Source of the DNA: Candidatus Babelota bacterium | GTDB taxonomy: Bacteria > Babelota > Babeliae > Babelales > Vermiphilaceae | Direction: 5' to 3' | DNA: 32,000 nucleotides | NCBI GenBank assembly: GCA_039809905.1 | Contig: JBDHVY010000001.1 | Span: forward strand, 930,001 to 962,000 | Shown: positions 15,801 through 24,443 of the stretch, in pieces | Numbering within the stretch: position 1 is the first letter of the stretch | Layout of the letters: each line of letters starts with the position of its first letter | Made by a program: the position numbers and the translations under genes | Notes under the pieces: model-generated | Told to the model about the DNA's origin: nothing | Database searches by the model: none | What the model saw: only the letters and a program-made list of their open reading frames with translations

Positions 15801-17633
15801 TCATAAAATTCCTATAAGCAGAGCGAGTTTATATAGTGCAAAGAAAGTACAGGTCTGTATTGCTAGTGAGCCAAATATATGTATTGAAGCTAGAGGTACA
15901 TCTAATGTTTTAAAATGCCGTATTGCTCTGCGCAATGATCTCATTAAAGAACTTACCCTAGCATCACCAGATGGGTTGTTTTTACTGAACAAAGCAATAT
16001 TGTGTATTCTCTCAAGCCAATGTTCTTTTGAAGTGCAAAAGAATTGACACCATTTAGAGCACAAAATTGTTTTATCGATTATGGCTATTGTTCCGTTTTC
16101 GTTTCTTTGTATTATCAGAGAAAGAGACATAGGGGCACTTTCATAATTAGAATTTTTTAAATCTGGTTCACTTGAATAATAGAATGATTTTTCGTATGGA
16201 GTTTTAAAAAGTTGGTTAATTGTGTCTTTATTTATAGTATTGAGTGGAACTTGATAAATAAAATGATTAAGGGAAGAATGTACTGTTTTGAGACATCCAA
16301 TGAATAAAAAATCATTGATAAGAAAGGCATTAACCAATGTGTCACATTCGTTCAAATGTTTATGATGAATACGATGTTTTATAAGTTTAGCACGAGTGGA
16401 ATTTTCTGTCATGGCGCCTATTAAGCTAGAAAGCGATAGTAATACAATAGTATTTTCTCTACACGAATTGATAAAAGAAGTAGCTTTCGCATCAGGTGTT
16501 TTGTGTGGACACTCTGGTGGTTGAGGAACATCATAATGCAAATACTGTTGTATGTCCTGATTGATTGTTTTGCGTGTTGTTTTCAGGGAGATTTCAAGTT
16601 TTTGATTTTCCCAAGATTCTTTTCGCTGTTGCCAATTTTTTTTGTATTCTGTGCATGTTTGACAATCCCTTAAGGTATTATGAGGAAAAGTTTTTTCTAT
16701 ACAGCATTGCTGTTTTGCATGATGTCCTTTATGGTTACGAGTTTCTCTTTCATTTTGATTTTGTATGAGATCAGATAATAAAATATACTCATTGTTGGTA
16801 TCAATATGAGAAATCCTTAGTTGATCAATGGCTATCTGAATGGCCTTCATAGAATCATTTAATGGTATTATCTGTATAAAATTATGGCCTCCCAATAGCA
16901 CAATATTATTTAGTTCATTATAGGCAATTGAGTATAATATTTCATCAGAGGGAAATGTTTGGTAAAGAAATGAAAGGATCTGTTTATCCGAGGATTGTGA
17001 ATGAGAAGAGTTTCTTAGTACACATCCAAGTGATGTAATGGCTATCACATTATCATCTTTATCTATAAATATTTTCTTGATTATGTGTTGATCATCTTTG
17101 CTTTTCAGATGATTTCTACGTAATAATGCAAGCGATCTAATATGCGCATTATTCGATTGATAAATGTATACATTGTTTTGATGAGCTACATAATAATTAT
17201 TTTTCCTGCGTGCTATATCATTAACAGGATATTCATTGCATAATTCAGGTACATCGTTAAATTTATATTCTATTTTTGTGTAAGAATCTGTTTCTGTAAG
17301 AACGTTTAATTTTTTTTGAATTATAGGATTTGTTCGATAGCCTGTCGATAGTTCCCAGTGATCAACCATTTTATATCCGGAATAACACGTGAATAATTTG
17401 TTATTGCTATCTAAACATACTAGCACATTATCTACCAAGTCTTTATTGTGGAGATAACCGTCATGTTTGAAGAGGTTGTTGGTTATTGAATACTCTCCAA
17501 TGCCACACGAAATAACACGGCTTGTACTTGCGGTGTAATCTCGCTTAAATTCTTCAGATTTTTCACTTGCAAAGAAATTTTTAAAAGAAAAAAATAGAGC
17601 AAAAATTATGAGCTTATAATTATTTTTGATCAT
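15801..17633 (-). CDS. Paralog B of the lineage-specific 600-aa family
   Basis: 610 aa with signal MIKNNYKLIIFALFFSFKNFFA/SE and a C-terminal hydrophobic tail (FGSLAIQTCTFFALYKLALLIGIL). The first ~170 aa are nearly identical to paralog A; the remainder is much more divergent. Confidence 0.85.
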   Translation of the reverse strand: MIKNNYKLIIFALFFSFKNFFASEKSEEFKRDYTASTSRVISCGIGEYSITNNLFKHDGYLHNKDLVDNVLVCLDSNNKLFTCYSGYKMVDHWELSTGYRTNPIIQKKLNVLTETDSYTKIEYKFNDVPELCNEYPVNDIARRKNNYYVAHQNNVYIYQSNNAHIRSLALLRRNHLKSKDDQHIIKKIFIDKDDNVIAITSLGCVLRNSSHSQSSDKQILSFLYQTFPSDEILYSIAYNELNNIVLLGGHNFIQIIPLNDSMKAIQIAIDQLRISHIDTNNEYILLSDLIQNQNERETRNHKGHHAKQQCCIEKTFPHNTLRDCQTCTEYKKNWQQRKESWENQKLEISLKTTRKTINQDIQQYLHYDVPQPPECPHKTPDAKATSFINSCRENTIVLLSLSSLIGAMTENSTRAKLIKHRIHHKHLNECDTLVNAFLINDFLFIGCLKTVHSSLNHFIYQVPLNTINKDTINQLFKTPYEKSFYYSSEPDLKNSNYESAPMSLSLIIQRNENGTIAIIDKTILCSKWCQFFCTSKEHWLERIHNIALFSKNNPSGDARVSSLMRSLRRAIRHFKTLDVPLASIHIFGSLAIQTCTFFALYKLALLIGIL

Positions 17634-17999
17634 AACTATTATTGATCCTATGAGCTGATGAACTTTTGTTTATATGTTTTAATTATTATTGAAAAATGTT
17701 TATTTGTCGAATGTATTTCCAAGTATGTTAAAAAAATAAGTCGATAGATTTTTGTTATAAAGTTGTATAAATATTTTCAGTTGTAAAACGATAGTGAAAT
17801 ATTTTGCAGATGATATTTCCAACAATATTGCACAAGTCCTTGCTTTTGTTATTTCTTTTTTATTAAAACTTGGACATTAGTTTTATTGCTTGTGCGAGCA
17901 GAAGATGTTGACATTCTAGAATAATCGGGGTATGCGTGTAAGAGCATACTGCATTAGAATGATGTAATAAAATGAGAAAAAATATCTCTTGAACGGAGT

Positions 18000-18087
18000 C
18001 CCCATTTTATCCCCACTTTCGCTATCGCTTCACCGGGGTCCTCATGTGAAACGAAGTAAAACCAGGGGTGAAAAATAGAGAATGGGG
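18000..18087 (+). promoter_or_regulatory. G-run/C-run structured element in the 5' leader of the 1446-aa gene (candidate regulatory RNA)
   Basis: Two CCCC runs (18000-18003, 18011-18014) and three GGGG runs (18035-18038, 18065-18068, 18084-18087) lie in an otherwise very A/T-rich 500-bp intergenic region. A small hairpin TTCAC (18029-18033) / GTGAA (18046-18050) is also present. Alternative C4:G4 pairings are possible. Confidence 0.25.
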
Positions 18088-18134
18088 TTAATAAGTAGTG
18101 AAGTAGTAGTTTTTCTAAAAAAAAGGGTGAGTAT

Positions 18135-21100
18135 ATGAAAAGATGCTTTTCTCGCTATCGATTAGCTCTTTTTGCGATATCTTTAGCGTCCTCCACGATT
18201 TTTGCAGATCAGATATGGAGGGGAATAACAACATGCGATGTTGTTGATGAAAATCTTGTCATCAAAGATGATGTCTTGCTTCCACTTGGTGGAATAAGAA
18301 TCGAAGCAATTCACAAAGATGTTACGGTTACATTAACAAGAGATGTAGTCATTAGTGGCCATTGGGCTGGCGAATCCGATCTTTATTTAGTTGCTGCAGA
18401 AGGCAGAAAAATTCGTTTTGAATTAGAGCATGATCTAACATTTGTTGGATCTTCTGCTATTACAAGCGATGATCTTTTAATTGTTCAAAGTGGTCCTGGT
18501 ACCGTTGAAGTTGCTATTCAAGATGGCAATGTTTTTGAACTTACTTCACGAGATTGTTCTGGTGGTGCGTTGTATTACGTACTCATGTATGGTGGTGTAA
18601 ATGCACCGATTGATGAATATTGTCACGATGAATATGCAAAACCATGTTGTGATGAATATACATGTGGTGGATTATTTGATGAATATGGTGATGAATATTG
18701 TTCACCAGGTAATGGTTGCAACGAAACAAGTCAAGAGAGACCAACACTGAGTTTTGTTTCACTAGAAAATGTATTACGTGCACCATTACAAAATAAACGT
18801 GTTATTGTTGGTCCTAAATCCAAATTGAGCTACTTATCATCTCGTAAAGTTGGTGTAGGTCAAGATTCTGGTATCATCCAATTTGATGCTGCAATTGATG
18901 GCCCAGGACGTATGATTTTGGAACTTCAAGATAAAGGTGCGGTAGTTATAACTGGTATTTACACATGCCAAAGAGATGGTGGTTGTATTACGTTGTGTGA
19001 TATTAAACCTACTGTTGCGGCAGGAAGTGAAGCTATCTTTAGAACAATAAATAGTTTAGGTTCTTTTGTTTCAGCGGGATTGCTTGTATTAGATGGTAAT
19101 GAAACTTTATCTGAACTATTGATTGATCCATTTTTAAATCTTGGTGCGCGCGATGATGCACAAGCATTCCGTGGAACATTCTCAGGTAGACGATATGGTT
19201 TTGTTCTTGGTGCTAATGGTGTGTTATCTATTACTTCTGATTCATACCTTGATTTTGTTGGTCTTGCGCTCAACCAAATTCCTTGCATTGCATTACGTAC
19301 ACCACTTCAAATAACTAAAACATTAAAATTACGTAATCCATCTGCGCTTATTATCGATGGTAATCTTAATCCGCAAGCTACCGATGCACAAATACTCTTT
19401 GAAGAAAGAGCTGCTTTATTCTTACGATCAGGCGTTGGTCAAGATTGCACTATTCGTGATGAATTTGATATGGATCCATTCACGGTAGATGCAGATAATC
19501 ATACTCCTGGTATTGGTAACATAGTATTTGATGTTGAAGGTGAATTGAATGTTATTGGTGCAACGTCTCCAGCTGATGGCGTTACCAGTAAGATTGAATT
19601 ATTATCATTAGAAGTGTTTCCAACCGGTGGACCTCTATTTGTAGGTTCAGGAGAAACAAATTTCCCATTACGCACGTTTAATACAGAAGATAATGAACTT
19701 CTTATGTATAACTGCGGTGCGTTCTTAATTAATAATATCATGACATTAACTGATACAGATTTAAGCCATACAGATGAATGTCATAACGTTTGTCCAAATA
19801 ATGATCTTAGATCAGAACCAACATATGTTGGTGGTGAAACATTCAGACTACTTGAGTCGGATGTAAGACCAAGTATTCGTTTTATTAATGCACAGCTTGA
19901 TGTACATACTGATATAGCATTAACAGGTATGGATTTAGTTGTTCCAAACTTTGTTGATGATATGGGTGTATTGCAACAAAATCTTTCTAACTTTACTTTC
20001 TTCTCTAATGGTTCATGTGTTGATAATGGTACCGGTCGCTCCATGATTCTTGGTACACGTATTGGTTCAACAGCTGCTGATGGATGCACTCGTATCGATG
20101 CAGATGCGCATCTTGATGTTATGCAATTAGAAGATGCAAATTCATCTAATGTTGATCCTCTCAATCCAGATGGTGATCAAACATTAGAACTTTTAACTGC
20201 AATGAATGATGATACTATTAACAACTTGATTATAGATAATGATAGTACTTCAATTCACAACATATTCTTAGGTGGTACAAGTAATATTTCTATCGGTGTT
20301 AATGCAGATTCTACTGGATTTAATATTGATACCCACCCATGGCTTCGTATTGCGGGTAACGTGTTTTCATTCACTGCTCGTGGTGGAGAAGCTACTGTAT
20401 TGCGTAGTATTACTTCAGGTAAAAACGCGATATTTGTTGATTTGAATGGTAAATTCAGTATTGATCCAGGATTTATCGCAAGTATTTGCGTGATGGTTAT
20501 TAAGAGCCATAATGGTATTGTTGATCTTCCTGCTGATCAAGTTTTCTTCTGTGCAGGTGCTGGTATTACAACATGGGATGTTGATCTATCAAATCCAGAT
20601 GATCAAATAATTATTGGTCCTGATCAATCTTTATCAACATATATATTCAATTGGATTCTTGCGCATAAAGATTGTCCAAACTTTACACCATTCAATTGTT
20701 GTACGACGTCGTGCACATGCCCAGTAGTTACTGAAGCAAATGTAACAGGTTTACCGACAATTCAAGGCACGGTGAATGATTTACAAATTCAAGGCAGCCG
20801 TATTGGTGATCCAGCTCAATTCTTGATTGATGGTGGTTTTGTTCGCCAATTAACTTTCTTGGATAGTGCTTGTGCTGCAGTTGCTCCGGTAGCTGTTATT
20901 ACATTAGCAAACAATGGTCGTATTGGTCTTGATTCTACCACAAACTTAGGCGTAAACGGTATTACCATTATTGCTAATGGTTCTGGTCAAGTTTTGGTCA
21001 ATGATGATCTGATTATTAATAATATGTGTGCGTTTGTAAAAGGTCCTGATTTTGCATCATGCGATGTATTAGAATTATACAGCGCAGTACCACGTGAAAT

Positions 21101-22475
21101 TCGTGTGAAATCAACTGGTACACTTAATCTGACTTCATTTACTAATCCAACAGAGATTGTTGCTCTTGCAGGTCAATTAAAATTGGTTGTAGAACCAGGT
21201 GCCAAAATTATTACTGGCGCAGGAACTCTACGATTCAGTGGTGATTCTCAACTATTATTCGAGCCAGCAAATAATGCAGTAGATTTCTTTGCTGCAATTC
21301 CACATGGTGCACACGATGATACGCTTGCTATAGAAACAGTTGATGCAGCAGATGTCCATAACATACTTTCTTCATTGACCAATTTTGCAAATGGTTTGCA
21401 TAATACTGATCAATTCCGTGTCAGCATTGTTGGTGGTGGTACTATTGAATTAGTTGATAATGCACAAGGTTCATTACCGTTCAATGCGTTTGTTGGTATT
21501 GAAACAATTAATACGGCGACATGCTCAATTCCAACAACAGACATCACCTTGAATATTGCTGATAATGGTGTGTTTGCAATTGGACATTTCAATTACAATG
21601 AAGGCGGTGTGTTGCAAATAGGTAACGTTGAAGATCTTGGAGTTGATCATAGCGTGAGCTTTACGCTTACTCTTGATGGTGAAAATGCTAATTTCACTAT
21701 CGGTAGCCGTGGATTCTTAGGTCTTGGCGTTGGTATTGAACGTTTTGATGGTCAACCTGAAGTGTTAACTGTTCGTGCTCGCACATGTCCAACTAACTTT
21801 GTACCAAATGAAAATATCGTTGATACATTGAGCAACGTTTCAAACATTACCTTTAACTTCCTCAATGGTCGCTTTGAGCATGATCGTATCTTCTCAGGAG
21901 ATAACGTTAATGCTTCATTAGTAGCTGTTGGAAATAATGAGGGTATGACGTTTGATCTTAATTTTGAAGTTGATGGTGAAAATGTTGATGTTACTTTAGA
22001 AAGAACATCAGACTTTAATGTTGCTGGTGGCGGTAACATGGTATTAGTTTCAGAAGGTGTTGGTGGTATTCATCCGGTTGTACTTGATCAAAATGGTGTG
22101 ATTACCGATCGCTTGAGTGCAGGTGTTATGGCATCAACATTGTTAGAACCAGATAACGTTGATGTGACAGGATTAACTGCCGCGGAATTCTTTGATTACT
22201 TTACTACGCATGATGCATTATTATCTCAAGATCGCATTAATACTCTTGGCAGAGCAAACGCTGCAAGTCAGGGTGATAGCTTTAGACCAGGATTTGATGG
22301 TGCTCGAATTGATACGGTGATTAATGGTAATATTGTTCGTGGACCATTGTATCAGTTGCTTGGCTCAGGTGATCAAAATTCTCAACGTCAAGATGCAATT
22401 GATGTTGCAGCAGTGTTTGTCAATATTGATGGCAGATTGAATGAGATTCTTACTGCAACAAATATAGAAAACTAA
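18135..22475 (+). CDS. Giant secreted surface-protein candidate (beta-helix-like composition), unknown family
   Basis: 1446 aa with SD-like GGGTGAG 4 nt before the ATG. Signal peptide MKRCFSRYRLALFAISLASSTIFA/DQ. Gly/Asp/Asn/Thr/Val/Ile-rich with many short strand-like segments. Cys clusters include a DEY-Cys cluster and FNCCTTSCTCP. The C-terminus (...LTATNIEN) has no barrel signature. Confidence 0.9.
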   Translation: MKRCFSRYRLALFAISLASSTIFADQIWRGITTCDVVDENLVIKDDVLLPLGGIRIEAIHKDVTVTLTRDVVISGHWAGESDLYLVAAEGRKIRFELEHDLTFVGSSAITSDDLLIVQSGPGTVEVAIQDGNVFELTSRDCSGGALYYVLMYGGVNAPIDEYCHDEYAKPCCDEYTCGGLFDEYGDEYCSPGNGCNETSQERPTLSFVSLENVLRAPLQNKRVIVGPKSKLSYLSSRKVGVGQDSGIIQFDAAIDGPGRMILELQDKGAVVITGIYTCQRDGGCITLCDIKPTVAAGSEAIFRTINSLGSFVSAGLLVLDGNETLSELLIDPFLNLGARDDAQAFRGTFSGRRYGFVLGANGVLSITSDSYLDFVGLALNQIPCIALRTPLQITKTLKLRNPSALIIDGNLNPQATDAQILFEERAALFLRSGVGQDCTIRDEFDMDPFTVDADNHTPGIGNIVFDVEGELNVIGATSPADGVTSKIELLSLEVFPTGGPLFVGSGETNFPLRTFNTEDNELLMYNCGAFLINNIMTLTDTDLSHTDECHNVCPNNDLRSEPTYVGGETFRLLESDVRPSIRFINAQLDVHTDIALTGMDLVVPNFVDDMGVLQQNLSNFTFFSNGSCVDNGTGRSMILGTRIGSTAADGCTRIDADAHLDVMQLEDANSSNVDPLNPDGDQTLELLTAMNDDTINNLIIDNDSTSIHNIFLGGTSNISIGVNADSTGFNIDTHPWLRIAGNVFSFTARGGEATVLRSITSGKNAIFVDLNGKFSIDPGFIASICVMVIKSHNGIVDLPADQVFFCAGAGITTWDVDLSNPDDQIIIGPDQSLSTYIFNWILAHKDCPNFTPFNCCTTSCTCPVVTEANVTGLPTIQGTVNDLQIQGSRIGDPAQFLIDGGFVRQLTFLDSACAAVAPVAVITLANNGRIGLDSTTNLGVNGITIIANGSGQVLVNDDLIINNMCAFVKGPDFASCDVLELYSAVPREIRVKSTGTLNLTSFTNPTEIVALAGQLKLVVEPGAKIITGAGTLRFSGDSQLLFEPANNAVDFFAAIPHGAHDDTLAIETVDAADVHNILSSLTNFANGLHNTDQFRVSIVGGGTIELVDNAQGSLPFNAFVGIETINTATCSIPTTDITLNIADNGVFAIGHFNYNEGGVLQIGNVEDLGVDHSVSFTLTLDGENANFTIGSRGFLGLGVGIERFDGQPEVLTVRARTCPTNFVPNENIVDTLSNVSNITFNFLNGRFEHDRIFSGDNVNASLVAVGNNEGMTFDLNFEVDGENVDVTLERTSDFNVAGGGNMVLVSEGVGGIHPVVLDQNGVITDRLSAGVMASTLLEPDNVDVTGLTAAEFFDYFTTHDALLSQDRINTLGRANAASQGDSFRPGFDGARIDTVINGNIVRGPLYQLLGSGDQNSQRQDAIDVAAVFVNIDGRLNEILTATNIEN
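18612..18698 (+). repeat. Five dispersed copies of GATGAATAT (Asp-Glu-Tyr) interleaved with Cys codons
   Basis: GATGAATAT occurs at 18612, 18627, 18651, 18678 and 18690. Together they encode IDEYCHDEYAKPCCDEYTCGGLFDEYGDEYCSPGNGC. Confidence 0.9.
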
Positions 22476-22484
22476 TTAAAAAAA

Positions 22485-22510
22485 GGATGGGTGATAGAAG
22501 TCACCCATCC
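22485..22510 (+). terminator. Intercistronic stem-loop without a clear U-tract (attenuator or mRNA-stabiliser candidate rather than a full terminator)
   Basis: Perfect 10-bp stem GGATGGGTGA (22485-22494) / TCACCCATCC (22501-22510) with loop TAGAAG, followed by CTTATCTG rather than a T-run. It lies 10 nt after the stop of the 1446-aa gene. Confidence 0.4.
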
Positions 22511-22539
22511 CTTATCTGCAATGAAAAAAGGTAGTTTGT

Positions 22540-24411
22540 ATGGATGTAATAAAAAAAAGGAAACTGATGAAGAAAACCTTAAAGAGCATTGCGCTTCTAG
22601 GCGCATTATGTGGTGGGTCACTTCATGCGACTTTTCAATTTAGATCGCCGCTGAGTTTAGAAGATCGCGGTTATATGCACTGGTTACTTGCACCAGCTGA
22701 TCAAGCGTGGTGGTATGATCAAATGCCAAGTGAAAAAACTCGTACAGATTGGAATGTTCACGTGTGGGGCGCTGGTTATGTGCGTAATGCATGCGAAGCT
22801 TTTTTATCGTGCACTCCTTGTTCTAATAAAGTAACTCGTGATACAACATCACTTTCTCAACTCTTTTTTGGTAAATCAGTGTTTCGCGGTGAAGATATTT
22901 TTGCTGGTGGAACATTCGCTGGTAATCCAACTGCTCTTGAACTTGTAAACTCAATAAATCCATTTTTAGCGTTTGCGCGTATTAGCCCTGTTTTTGATTA
23001 CAATGAAACAGGCGCACATATAGGTGTTGATTTTGCTAAATATCTTGGCGAAAATGATAGGTTCCATGTTGGTGCAAGAACCTATATTCCTTATAAAATA
23101 ATTGAAATTGAACAAGATACAAGCATTCAACTTGAAGAAACATTAGATGATGTTTTTATAACAAGAATAGTCAAACTTAATGAAGGACCAACTCCTAACC
23201 AAGTTGAATATGCTCTAAGATATGATTTCTTAAGCACTCTTGTGTTTAATACAGTAACGACACCTTCTGCAATAGTTCAACCACAACCTGTTGTGGTATA
23301 TAATAATCCGGCAGGACAAGTTAGCGTGACTGGTGTACAAATTTCTGCACCTACATCTGCTGGTGATGGTGTAGACACAGATATTCCTGCTGCCTATTTT
23401 ACTAAAAGCGATGCAGGTACGACGCCAATACCGCCATTTAGAAAATTACCAAGTCAAGCAGGGCAACCATTAGGGCCTGATGGACAAGGTATAAATGGTC
23501 AATCATATTTTATGCAAACAGGTGTTGATTATGCTGGGCAGTTACAAAACGATAGAGATGCGCAAACCACTTTATTTCTTGTGCCGCGTTCAAATGTAGA
23601 TGGTACTATAACTGCTAATGCTCAAACTATTCTAACGAACGTCAGACAAATTGTTAATGACGATCTTGCCATTTCCGAACCAGCTTCTACGTTCTTTTTA
23701 AATAATGGCATTAATCTTTTAGCGCATGAATGTATCAGAGGTGTGGGCGATTTATTTGCCGAAGTATATGGTGGTATTGGACATTATGATGATTGGTTTG
23801 TAGATGGTATTTTTGGCGTTCAATTTCCAACAGCAAAACGCCAAGAACATGCAAAACAAATTTTTTATCAAACACTTGGTAACAATGGCCATGTTGAAAT
23901 TAAACTTGCTCTAGATGGTGGTTGGAGACCGCGCGAGTGGTTTGCTTTTGAAATTCGTCCATCATTCTTCCATGCATGTAAGCGTTCTGAAAGACGTGCT
24001 GCTCCATTCTTAGGTGCAACTGTTGCAAATATTGGACCAGAAATTGATGTAAATGTTTCATGGAATTATTTTGTGCTTCGTACAGACTTTAGTTTCTTCC
24101 ATCCACACAATCCTGATCTCGGATTTGTATTAGGATATGAACTATTTGCTAAAGGAAATGACAGAGTATCATTTGGTTCATGCATTCCATGTGATAATGA
24201 AACAGCAACAGATTTGCTAGGCCGTCCAAATCAACCACTCAGCCTTGCTATTTATGAACATGGTACAAATTCCCTCACCAATAAATTACGTGGTCAAATA
24301 TTCTATCGTTGCCACTATTTTGAAGTCTTTGGTGGTGGAACACAAATTGTTTCTGGTAGACATGCTATGAAAGAAAGTGAAGGTCATATTGGTTTAGCAA
24401 TATACTTCTAG
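22540..24411 (+). CDS. Outer-membrane beta-barrel protein candidate (porin or anchor), unknown family
   Basis: 623 aa with signal peptide MKKTLKSIALLGALCGGSLHA/TF; the second Met at 22567 has AAGGA 5 nt upstream and may be the true start. Aromatic-rich alternating segments are present. The C-terminal strand HIGLAIYF ends in Phe, like a BAM substrate beta-signal. There is a central P/Q/G/T-rich insert, and two CxxC pairs (CTPC, CIPC). Confidence 0.8.
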   Translation: MDVIKKRKLMKKTLKSIALLGALCGGSLHATFQFRSPLSLEDRGYMHWLLAPADQAWWYDQMPSEKTRTDWNVHVWGAGYVRNACEAFLSCTPCSNKVTRDTTSLSQLFFGKSVFRGEDIFAGGTFAGNPTALELVNSINPFLAFARISPVFDYNETGAHIGVDFAKYLGENDRFHVGARTYIPYKIIEIEQDTSIQLEETLDDVFITRIVKLNEGPTPNQVEYALRYDFLSTLVFNTVTTPSAIVQPQPVVVYNNPAGQVSVTGVQISAPTSAGDGVDTDIPAAYFTKSDAGTTPIPPFRKLPSQAGQPLGPDGQGINGQSYFMQTGVDYAGQLQNDRDAQTTLFLVPRSNVDGTITANAQTILTNVRQIVNDDLAISEPASTFFLNNGINLLAHECIRGVGDLFAEVYGGIGHYDDWFVDGIFGVQFPTAKRQEHAKQIFYQTLGNNGHVEIKLALDGGWRPREWFAFEIRPSFFHACKRSERRAAPFLGATVANIGPEIDVNVSWNYFVLRTDFSFFHPHNPDLGFVLGYELFAKGNDRVSFGSCIPCDNETATDLLGRPNQPLSLAIYEHGTNSLTNKLRGQIFYRCHYFEVFGGGTQIVSGRHAMKESEGHIGLAIYF

Positions 24412-24443
24412 AAATGTATTTTTTTGAAAAAAAGGAATGAAAT

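Noticed and set aside
15724-16047. Plus-strand 107-aa ORF
   Set aside because: It overlaps the 3' end of paralog B and the orphan cassette on the opposite strand. The minus-strand reading is supported by paralogy; this one is not.
14369-16643. Homopolymer runs inside the paralogs (T9 at 14369-14377, T8 at 16636-16643) as phase-variation switches
   Set aside because: They encode Lys-rich stretches (DKKKW, YKKNW), and runs of this length are common throughout this A/T-rich window. Nothing in the sequence indicates slipped-strand switching.
17700-17880. Possible second, older relic of the paralog C-terminal TM segment upstream of paralog B
   Set aside because: The minus-strand translation (…KARTCAILLEISSAKYFTIVLQLK…) resembles the family C-terminus only faintly. 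That is not enough to call a pseudogene. It is mentioned under the orphan-cassette finding as a possibility.
17908-17940. TTGACA at 17908-17913 as the promoter of the giant gene
   Set aside because: The best -10 at 17-nt spacing is TATGCG, which is poor. The nearby TAGAAT hexamers have no suitably spaced -35. I could not place the promoter confidently, so none is reported.
13567-18045. Shared 9-mer GGTCCTCAT at 13567-13575 and 18037-18045, considered as a dispersed repeat or MITE
   Set aside because: It is too short. The flanks align only weakly, and there are no terminal inverted repeats or target-site duplications.
18583-18786. Minus-strand 67-aa His-rich ORF (…HHHIHQIIHHMYIHH…)
   Set aside because: It is the antisense reading of the GATGAATAT (DEY) repeats inside the 1446-aa gene. 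The His-richness is a repeat artefact, not a metal-binding protein.
176-21592. Many 60-127-aa track ORFs nested antisense or out of frame inside long CDS. Examples: 176-388, 3885-4181, 4373-4570, 4620-4814, 5311-5520, 5829-6170, 5890-6114, 7288-7542, 7451-7663, 7885-8097, 9073-9342, 9859-10044, 10224-10427, 10355-10564, 10714-10941, 16565-16768, 18959-19288, 19499-19741, 19781-20164, 21410-21592.
   Set aside because: All lie entirely within better-supported genes. They have low-complexity or A/T-codon-driven translations and no start context. They are expected noise in an A/T-rich genome.
18135-24411. Classification as a two-partner secretion (TpsA/TpsB) pair or as a chlamydial Pmp autotransporter
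   Set aside because: The giant protein's N-terminus lacks the TPS-domain NPNL/NPNGI-type motifs. I see only one GGA[ILV] and no repeated FxxN pattern. It has no C-terminal barrel. The 623-aa protein shows no recognisable POTRA or VRGY-type loop motif (only a weak IRGV). The idea is kept only as an analogy.
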